Source: Desulfurococcales archaeon (GTDB lineage Archaea > Thermoproteota > Thermoprotei_A > Sulfolobales > Fervidicoccaceae). From it: DNA of 24,000 nucleotides. Shown in pieces: positions 9,082-15,930 of this stretch. The notes below the pieces were generated by a model. The model was not told where the DNA came from and searched no databases. It worked only from the letters and a program-made list of their open reading frames with translations. Location of the stretch: contig WYEQ01000012.1 of the NCBI GenBank assembly GCA_009904015.1, positions 131,188 through 155,187 on the forward strand, given 5' to 3'. The stretch's first letter is position 1, and every line of letters starts with the position of its first letter. The position numbers and the translations under genes are program-made.

Positions 9082-9098
9082 GTAAATTAGTAATTTAC
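9082..9098. promoter_or_regulatory. perfect 8-bp inverted repeat GTAAATTA-g-TAATTTAC upstream of the wHTH/PRTase-like gene
   Basis: It lies 32-48 nt upstream of the TTG start at 9050, in the expected TATA/BRE zone. It could be the TATA element, an operator, or both. Confidence 0.3.
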
Positions 9099-9172
9099 GC
9101 TTAAAATTTTTAATCTTATTTTAAATCTTCATTTCTAGGTCACGTGCATTCGTAAGTGATAAATTAATTTTC

Positions 9173-9709
9173 TCATGGAACTCGAGAAACGAAGAACCTC
9201 AATATCATGCTGGTAATCGACAATGCCAGCGCGATTAATATAGCTACTTCAACCCACGAGTATCTTCTTATCTTTTTTACCTTTATTGGGACTGGCTTGA
9301 TGATATCGGCCTCAGCTTCTCTAGCTTCTTCGTATTCTTTTCTCCATAATGCCGGAGGGGATATGCATTCATAAGTCTTCTCGCTATGTATGTCGCCCTT
9401 CTCATTAATTATGTTCTTGATAACATCGTAGTATTTTCTTATTAGCTTAAACCTAGGCGTTTCCATCACTAGGTATTCGAAGCTGTTCCAGCAATTCTTG
9501 ATGCCTCCCAGAATTAAATCGCTTTCCTTTCTTGCTAGGTAATATTTTAATTCGTAGTTAACATCGTAGTTCATTTTTGTCGAGTCTTCTTCCAAGACAT
9601 ATATGAATGACTCCAAGCTTATTAATAGCCCATCTATTGTTCTCGCGAGAGTCGCGGAAGTCAATAGATACTTGTAATCATCGTCGTGGTGGCCTTTAGC
9701 TGGATGCAT
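9173..9709 (-). CDS. hypothetical tail-anchored membrane protein
   Basis: 178-aa ORF. It has a soluble helical N-terminal part and a single C-terminal hydrophobic helix (WVEVAILIALALSITSMILRFFV). No family recognised. Confidence 0.5.
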   Translation of the reverse strand: MHPAKGHHDDDYKYLLTSATLARTIDGLLISLESFIYVLEEDSTKMNYDVNYELKYYLARKESDLILGGIKNCWNSFEYLVMETPRFKLIRKYYDVIKNIINEKGDIHSEKTYECISPPALWRKEYEEAREAEADIIKPVPIKVKKIRRYSWVEVAILIALALSITSMILRFFVSRVP

Positions 9710-9905
9710 TAATCATCACGCTTAACGGATTTTGAGAAGCTTGTTTTCTCCATGTCTTATAATTTCTTGTTGATGTAGGTTAATTTATATCTGCTTATGC
9801 TCATAGTTTTCTTATTGCTTTAATTTTAATAACTTCTTTGATAAATTATAAAGATAGTTGTTTTTTTCTGCATAAAAAAGAAAGAAATTGAACCGTTGAT
9901 GAATA

Positions 9906-11570
9906 ATGATTGATTTATTGCTTGTTCACCCGCCAAGCTACTATTACTTTAGGGAGGAGAAAAGAGTATATGGCCCTATAGCTGATGTTGTGCCCAGTTC
10001 CCCTGTTTACGATATGTACCCTTACGGGTTCTTCTCAATAACCTATTACTTATTGAAAAAAGGCTATAAGGCTCGTATACACAACGCTGCGGCGTTAATG
10101 GTACTCGATGAAAGCTACAGGTTCGAGGATTATCTGAGAGGTATAGATGCTAAGCTATATGGAGTTGACCTGCACTGGCTTCCTCACGCTCACGGTGCGC
10201 TTGAAGTAGCGAAGATATTAAAGAAAATTAAAGGAGAAGTCCCCGTCGTGCTCGGAGGCTTATCAGCGAGCATATTCTGGGCAGAGATACTCACTAAATA
10301 CGATTTCGTGGACTACGTGCTTGTGGGCGATACAACGGAGAAATCAATAGAGAAGCTAATCATGTATATAGAGGGGAAAGGCAGGCTAGAGGATATAGAG
10401 GGCCTTGCGTACCGCGAGGAAGGGAGAGTCAAGCTTAACCCACCTAGAAAACCCGAGCCATTGCTTAATGAGTACAAGATTGATTTTAATTATCTATTTA
10501 AATACGCTCTCACGGATGACCCCTTATCATTCACACCATTCTCATCATTCATGAATAATCCCATCGGGGCTGTCCTCGTTTTCAAGGGATGCTTGTACAG
10601 CTGCGCCACGTGCGGAGGAGGAAGAAACACATACATGGAGTACCTGGGCAGAGACAGGGTTTCATTTAAAACTCCAGATGTAGTGGCTGATGAGATACTA
10701 AGCATAAATTCATGGTCGAGGATCCCCGTGTTCGTGATTGGAGATCTACAGCTAGTAGGTGGGGAGAAGTACGCGGAAGCTCTCGTGAAGGAGCTCAGGG
10801 AAAACGGCTTTGACGCGCCAATATACTTCGAGTTCTTCTATCCTCCGCCTCATGGGTTGCTTGAAAAAATCATTAAGGCAAGCCACACCGTTTATCTCCA
10901 GTTATCTCCTGAAACACAGGATGAGTTCTTAAGAATAAAGTTTGGTAGACAGTATAATAATACGATGCTCGAGAAATTCATAGAGAGAGCTCACAAGCTC
11001 GGCTTCTCGAGAATAGATCTTTACTTCATGCATGGCATACCGTTCCAAACAATGGATGTAGCCCTCAAGCTGCCCAGATACGTCGAGAATCTCTACGGCC
11101 AGTACAAGAACTCGAGAATCGATGTCTTCGTTTCTCCCCTAGCACCGTTCATCGATCCTGGGAGCCCAGCTTTCAAGTACCCATTTTTATATGGCTATAA
11201 ACTCAAAGCAAAAACATTGTCTGAGCACGTGGATTTGATAAGCAGGTCTCGAACCTGGGTGGAGATGCTGAACTACGAGAGCTACTACATGAGTAACACC
11301 GAGTTAGCGATTGCTACGGCTAAAACGGGGCTCGAGCTACTGAAAATAAAGGCAAGATATGGCATAATAGATGAAGACATCGCGAGAAAGCAAATCGAGG
11401 TAATAGAAAACTACCTCGAGAGTCACGGAGAAACAATCGGTATAGACAAAAAAATCGTTGTGCCCTTCGAGGAGCTATACGAAACTCTCGATCTAGGCAA
11501 GCTTTTGAGAAACCCCGATGAGATCTCGAAGATACTTATAAATATAACTAGGTTTGGCGAAAATAACTAG
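9906..11570 (+). CDS. radical SAM enzyme with an N-terminal B12-binding-like (Rossmann) domain (class B-like)
   Basis: 554 aa. The CxxxCxxC cluster is C229-LYS-C233-AT-C236 (nt 10590-10613). The preceding ~200 aa show the B12-binding-domain pattern (LLVHPP..., PYGFFSITYYLLKKGY, VVLGGLSASIFW, VLVGDTTEKSI). Confidence 0.88.
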   Translation: MIDLLLVHPPSYYYFREEKRVYGPIADVVPSSPVYDMYPYGFFSITYYLLKKGYKARIHNAAALMVLDESYRFEDYLRGIDAKLYGVDLHWLPHAHGALEVAKILKKIKGEVPVVLGGLSASIFWAEILTKYDFVDYVLVGDTTEKSIEKLIMYIEGKGRLEDIEGLAYREEGRVKLNPPRKPEPLLNEYKIDFNYLFKYALTDDPLSFTPFSSFMNNPIGAVLVFKGCLYSCATCGGGRNTYMEYLGRDRVSFKTPDVVADEILSINSWSRIPVFVIGDLQLVGGEKYAEALVKELRENGFDAPIYFEFFYPPPHGLLEKIIKASHTVYLQLSPETQDEFLRIKFGRQYNNTMLEKFIERAHKLGFSRIDLYFMHGIPFQTMDVALKLPRYVENLYGQYKNSRIDVFVSPLAPFIDPGSPAFKYPFLYGYKLKAKTLSEHVDLISRSRTWVEMLNYESYYMSNTELAIATAKTGLELLKIKARYGIIDEDIARKQIEVIENYLESHGETIGIDKKIVVPFEELYETLDLGKLLRNPDEISKILINITRFGENN

Positions 11571-11579
11571 ACAGGCAAT

Positions 11580-11816
11580 ATGCTGGAGAGGACTCATCCC
11601 ATGGATACGGAGGAGCTACGCATCGATAACTGCTCAGGCAACCCGGATAACATTGCTAGAATAGTTAATGATGTCAGAGGAAAAGTAGCTATGGGAGCTA
11701 AGAAAATAATTGTGAGAATACCTGAAGAAAGCTTCGTGGAATGCCTGGATATATTGAGGACTATTTCCACCGAGTTTATTTACCTCTCTATAGAGGTTTA
11801 TGAGGATGGCAGTTAA
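11580..11816 (+). CDS. small (78 aa) two-Cys protein, possibly with a TusA/SirA-like fold
   Basis: The ORF starts 9 nt after the upstream radical SAM stop. It has a balanced alpha/beta-type composition with Cys18 and Cys55. It is followed by an AATTTTTATTA T-tract. See findings. Confidence 0.55.
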   Translation: MLERTHPMDTEELRIDNCSGNPDNIARIVNDVRGKVAMGAKKIIVRIPEESFVECLDILRTISTEFIYLSIEVYEDGS

Positions 11817-11908
11817 AAAGTAACTGTTAATTTTTATTACGCTTTACGGGACATATTATATTATTCGAATATGAATAAACATAACAAACAATACTAAGGC
11901 GCGTTGAT

Positions 11909-13513
11909 TTGCTAGCTACATACGACATTATCATAACGACGGATCGTTCCATGATGAGTAATCATAGGGGAAAAGAGTTTCTCGGCTTCATGAGCACAGC
12001 CCCACCGGTTGGCCTGCCCGACGCGGTGTGGAGATGGATCGCCACGCCTAAGCTAAGGGTAGATGACTATGGTAGACCTGAGCAGGCTCCCTATGGACTA
12101 AGAAAAATAGAGGCAGCGCTGCAGGATGCTGGTTACTCAGCAGCGATAATTGACCCGGACCACGTGAAAAGATATGTCTATAAAGCTAAGGCTATATTCA
12201 TTGGTCACCACGATTATTTCGCATTTAATCCTCCAAGCTCAGAGTACTGGCTTGTAACTGGTGAGGAGCCCCTCAACAGAAGACTCTTCCTCCAGTTCAT
12301 CGAGAAAATAGCGGATTACAAAGAAAGGCTTAACCCCGACTTGAAAATAATAGTGGGAGGACCAGCAGCCTGGCAGTGGTTGCATGTTCCAGGCTACGTT
12401 GAGAAGTACAAGATCGATACCATCGTCGAGGGGGAGGGAGAAAGAGTTGTTATTGAGCTCGCTCGCAGAATAATCAATGGAGAAAAACTCCCAAGATACA
12501 TAGTTGCGGGACCACTCGAGTCGCCAAGCATAGAGGAAATACCAGTAATAAAAGGACCGAGTATAAACGGCTTAGTGGAAATCATGAGGGGATGCCCGAG
12601 AGGATGCGCGTTCTGCAGTGTTACCCTGAGGAAGCTCAGGTTCATACCACTAGAAGTCATCGAAAAAGAAGTCAAGATTAACAGACAGCACGGAATAAAG
12701 GGAGGGATCCTCCACAGCGAGGACGTCCCGCTATATGGTGGGAGTGGGATAACCCCGAATATAGATTCATTGCTCAAGCTTCACCGCGTTGTCTCCCAGT
12801 ACTACGAGGATTATGACTGGAGCCACGCAGCCTTAGCAACGCTTCTGCATGGAGAGAAGACATCCAAGCTAGTATCTAGGTTATCAGAAACCCTGTTATC
12901 TGATGGCTGGAAATACCTTGGTTTCCAAACCGGGATAGAAACAGGGAGCTCAAGGCTCGCGGCAAAGATAATGCCCGGGAAAGCAGCTCCCTTCAAGCCA
13001 GACAAATGGCCAGATGTAGTAAGAGAGGTCATGCCTATTCTCCACGACAACTTCTTTATACCCGCAGCAACAGTTATTCTGGGCTTTCCAGGCGAGGCCC
13101 CTGATGATGTAGTGAAGACAATAGAGCTTATAGACGACCTAAAGCCATACAGAGTCCTTATTGTACCCATGTTCTTCGTCCCCATGGGCGCTCTAAGAAG
13201 AGAAGACTGGTTCACTAGCGTCAACATTACTTACGAGCACGCTGAGCTGTTACAAGCTATTCTCAAGCATAGCCTGTACTGGAGCAAAGATATATTGAGG
13301 AACTTCTACATGAATAAGCTAAGATACCTGCCATTCAAGTATGCTTTACTCTCCTTTATAAGAAGAGCTGAGAAATTCTCTGAGGAGCTAACGCCGGAGA
13401 AGATACTGTACTACATTGAGAACTCGAAGAAAAAGCTAGCTTCAAGAACACGCGAGAAGGAGGTCATCTCAAGTAAGCATTTACTAAGAAAACTGGTAAG
13501 CATTCATAATTGA
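11909..13513 (+). CDS. second, non-identical radical SAM enzyme with an N-terminal B12-binding-like domain
   Basis: 534 aa with a TTG start. The CxxxCxxC cluster is C229-PRG-C233-AF-C236 (nt 12593-12616), the same residue numbers as the upstream paralogue. The N-terminal domain contains IIVGGPAAWQW and IVEGEGERVV. Confidence 0.88.
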   Translation: MLATYDIIITTDRSMMSNHRGKEFLGFMSTAPPVGLPDAVWRWIATPKLRVDDYGRPEQAPYGLRKIEAALQDAGYSAAIIDPDHVKRYVYKAKAIFIGHHDYFAFNPPSSEYWLVTGEEPLNRRLFLQFIEKIADYKERLNPDLKIIVGGPAAWQWLHVPGYVEKYKIDTIVEGEGERVVIELARRIINGEKLPRYIVAGPLESPSIEEIPVIKGPSINGLVEIMRGCPRGCAFCSVTLRKLRFIPLEVIEKEVKINRQHGIKGGILHSEDVPLYGGSGITPNIDSLLKLHRVVSQYYEDYDWSHAALATLLHGEKTSKLVSRLSETLLSDGWKYLGFQTGIETGSSRLAAKIMPGKAAPFKPDKWPDVVREVMPILHDNFFIPAATVILGFPGEAPDDVVKTIELIDDLKPYRVLIVPMFFVPMGALRREDWFTSVNITYEHAELLQAILKHSLYWSKDILRNFYMNKLRYLPFKYALLSFIRRAEKFSEELTPEKILYYIENSKKKLASRTREKEVISSKHLLRKLVSIHN

Positions 13514-13539
13514 AAGACCTTTATACTATGTGAGGGCCC

Positions 13540-13544
13540 TTTTT
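13540..13544 (+). terminator. T5 tract after a GGGCCC palindrome, downstream of the second radical SAM gene
   Basis: GAGGGCCCTTTTTGG begins about 20 nt after the stop at 13513. Confidence 0.3.
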
Positions 13545-13661
13545 GGATAAATCGCTAAACAGGGCCTATGGGGACATTTAGTCTCAGTGAGCGAGGCGAA
13601 GCTCCTAGAAGTAACAAATAAACACGAAGTGATGAGTATGAGCATATAGGGACAAATGGAT

Positions 13662-14261
13662 TCAGTGGGATAAATCGTTTCTTTCTCCACTACCAAAGAA
13701 CTGTTTGTAAAGCAATCCATAAGCTTTTTCAGCGTTTTTCATTCTTTTGTTAAGGAAATCGATGATTTCGTTCCCAACATTCTTTAGGGCGTCGTTACCT
13801 AGGAAGCATTTAAACCCGAGGTTAGCAAGCTCCTCCAGCAACCCATAGATATTCTCGACTCTCACCAGGTGGCTTTCACAGTTGCAGTCGTACACCTCAA
13901 ATCCCTTGACGGCTACTCCGTACCATCTCATCCTGCCAGCTACGTTATGAATCGTTAAGTTATCATCCGCGGGTCTGCAGCACCTACCAGTTATTCTTAT
14001 GAAGGGGTTAGACAAGAAATACTCAATGTGGCTTTTTCTCCATCGCCAAAGACTTTTTCTTCTCTTTTCCACGTTTTCATCGAAGGTAGCTCCGACATAG
14101 GCGTACATTGTTTGATGAAATACGTAGTCTCCAAGGCTACCGAGATAAACAATGAGACCTTCGATAGGGACCTCCATTAGCAATACGACAAGGGATTTGT
14201 CATACTCCATACAGAAGGGAGCAAGAAACTCCGCGTAGCTTCTGTACTTCTTGTTGCTCAT
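13662..14261 (-). CDS. DUF123-type GIY-YIG (Uri) superfamily protein
   Basis: 199 aa. The layout matches my recollection of DUF123: LVVLLMEVP....YLGSLGDYVFHQTMYAYVGA (GIY-YIG-like hairpin), then a basic helix (RRKSLWRWRKSHIEYFL), then DCNCESHL (cf. the DCxCxSHL motif). Confidence 0.6.
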   Translation of the reverse strand: MSNKKYRSYAEFLAPFCMEYDKSLVVLLMEVPIEGLIVYLGSLGDYVFHQTMYAYVGATFDENVEKRRKSLWRWRKSHIEYFLSNPFIRITGRCCRPADDNLTIHNVAGRMRWYGVAVKGFEVYDCNCESHLVRVENIYGLLEELANLGFKCFLGNDALKNVGNEIIDFLNKRMKNAEKAYGLLYKQFFGSGERNDLSH

Positions 14262-14414
14262 CTTTATTGACGCTCCGCATCCATGCCTTCACTTATTTTA
14301 TATATTCTTTTTGTCTAATAAAATATTGTAGATTAAAAATTATATGTAAAAATAACATTAAATTATTATAAAACTATTTAATATAACTATGTGCAGGGAT
14401 GATTATTAAGTTCG

Positions 14415-15290
14415 TTGCAACAAAACACTATAGATGTGGTGAGCGGTATATTTCGTGGAAAGAGGAGCTATGCTTATAGAAAAGCCGTATCCCTATTCAA
14501 GAGATTCTTTGATGAGCTAGATGACATGAACAAGAAGTACATGCTACATGCGCTGGAAATAGCCATCGAAAAGTGGGATCCCTCCCCGCTATATCATTTC
14601 CTCTCCTTCAAGGAGAGAGAATCTGTTTTGCAGGGCATAGAATATAAGCTTGTCGATGTGCCGTTTAAAACCTACCCAGGCTCATCACTGATAGTTCTGC
14701 CTAGGCCCAGTAAAAATGTAGATGTATTCAAGGATTTTTTGGGGAGGCAGGATTACGAGGTTAATACGAGAAAAGTTCATCCTCCCTCTATTCAAGATGT
14801 CTCGGACCTTCTGTATTACTCTTTGTCCTCCCCGGGCGCCTTTACGTCGGGTGTGCTCAGAAGACCTTTCACGAGTTTTCTGGGGCAACCCGTTATAGAG
14901 ACGTACATGTATACAGCTCTGGATGGAGAGCTATACGGGAAACTGAGCCACTACTTGCCTCATGCCCATTCGCTCGAGGTGATAAAGGAGGACGATCTTT
15001 TAAAAGAGTTTTATCTAGCTACGCTTGATGGCTTTTTCGAGGAATCATACGTCATATTCATATTCACGGTTAGGTATAACGAGATATTTACTAATCATTA
15101 TCACAGAGCGTATAGAATAGCTCTTCTCGAAGCAGGCTCTGCCTTATCAACTTTCTTAAGGGTGGCAGCCGCTCTCGGCTTGAAAGCTAGGGTTTCCCTT
15201 GACTTTATTGATAGGCATATATGCAGGCATCTAGAGCTGGATTGCTATTCCGAGTTCCCATACGCGTTGGTGTCTATTTTCCGCGCCTAA
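14415..15290 (+). CDS. SagB-type dehydrogenase-domain (nitroreductase-fold) protein, divergent
   Basis: 291 aa, with a TTG start (GTG at 14436 is an alternative). It follows the SagB-domain pattern: FKTYPGSSLIVLPRP, then LLYYSLS, RRPFTSFLG (cf. R..PSAGGL), YGKLSHYLPHAHSLEVI (cf. GlYhY.p..h.L), then YHRAYRIALLEAGSALSTFLRVAAALGLKA (cf. YRy.llEaGh..QNl.L.A.alGLg). Confidence 0.68.
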   Translation: MQQNTIDVVSGIFRGKRSYAYRKAVSLFKRFFDELDDMNKKYMLHALEIAIEKWDPSPLYHFLSFKERESVLQGIEYKLVDVPFKTYPGSSLIVLPRPSKNVDVFKDFLGRQDYEVNTRKVHPPSIQDVSDLLYYSLSSPGAFTSGVLRRPFTSFLGQPVIETYMYTALDGELYGKLSHYLPHAHSLEVIKEDDLLKEFYLATLDGFFEESYVIFIFTVRYNEIFTNHYHRAYRIALLEAGSALSTFLRVAAALGLKARVSLDFIDRHICRHLELDCYSEFPYALVSIFRA

Positions 15291-15700
15291 ACAGGAGTAA
15301 GGGATACTAAGACTTGCTTCGCTTTCACCATGGAGTATAGCTTCTCTATGAACTGCCTGATTCTGCTTGAATCACCCTTTATCCCTATCACTAATAAGCA
15401 GTCCTCACGCGTGACGTGAATATGCATTGAGGCCGGAATTATATCCATGAAGTCATGTTGTATATCTGTAAGCAACTCCTCAACAGTATGTTGTTGATGA
15501 TCGTAGTGAACAACCACTGCTCCCGCTAATTTTCCTTCTTTTTTTAGCTGATAGAGAGTAGTCGCTATGTAATGCCTTATAGCCATCTGTATAGCCATCG
15601 ACCTGCTCTTAATGCCCATCTCCCCAGCGAGGCTTTCCAGCTCCATGAGAAGGTCCTCGGGAATCGTCACGCCCGTCTTCATTAACCTAGGTTTCCTCAT
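15287..15700 (-). CDS. nikR: nickel-responsive regulator NikR (RHH + ACT-like Ni-binding domain)
   Basis: 137 aa. The N-terminal ribbon-helix-helix is GVTIPEDLLMELESLAGEMGIKSRSMAIQMAIRHYI. In the C-terminal domain, H82, H93, H95 and C101 have the same 11/2/6 spacing as E. coli NikR H76/H87/H89/C95 (from memory). Confidence 0.85.
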   Translation of the reverse strand: MRKPRLMKTGVTIPEDLLMELESLAGEMGIKSRSMAIQMAIRHYIATTLYQLKKEGKLAGAVVVHYDHQQHTVEELLTDIQHDFMDIIPASMHIHVTREDCLLVIGIKGDSSRIRQFIEKLYSMVKAKQVLVSLTPV

Positions 15701-15728
15701 GGCAGATAACCTTGATTCATAGAAAACG

Positions 15729-15738
15729 TATATATAAT
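15729..15738. promoter_or_regulatory. TATATATAAT box about 30 nt upstream of the nikR start
   Basis: The position relative to the ATG at 15700 (minus strand) fits an archaeal TATA box with a short or absent leader. Confidence 0.35.
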
Positions 15739-15930
15739 GATAGGAAAAATAATTTTGTTGATCGCAACATAGTTTTAGGTGAGTAGTATGCCTAGAAGAT
15801 GTGGCCAGAAGAAAGAGGAGAAGAAGAAAGAGGAACAGCAGTAGGCTCTCTTCTTCAATTTTATTTCAAAAAACTTTTAACACTTTTTGTCACAATTTAG
15901 ATAAAAGGTGGTTGGAGGTTCTGTTTTTAG

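Noticed and set aside
13629-13635. GTGATGA (C-box-like) in the 13514-13661 spacer, suggesting a C/D-box sRNA
   Set aside because: There is no CTGA D box at a suitable distance downstream on the same strand and no terminal stem. A single 7-mer is insufficient.
13545-13677. 10-bp direct repeat GGATAAATCG (13545-13554 and 13668-13677) flanking the spacer, a possible target-site duplication
   Set aside because: The enclosed 113 bp contain no terminal inverted repeats or coding capacity, and the second copy lies inside the DUF123 coding sequence. This is most likely chance.
13526-13720. 64-aa minus-strand ORF in the spacer after the second radical SAM gene
   Set aside because: It overlaps the 3' end of the DUF123 gene in another frame and has no motif. 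It is likely non-coding.
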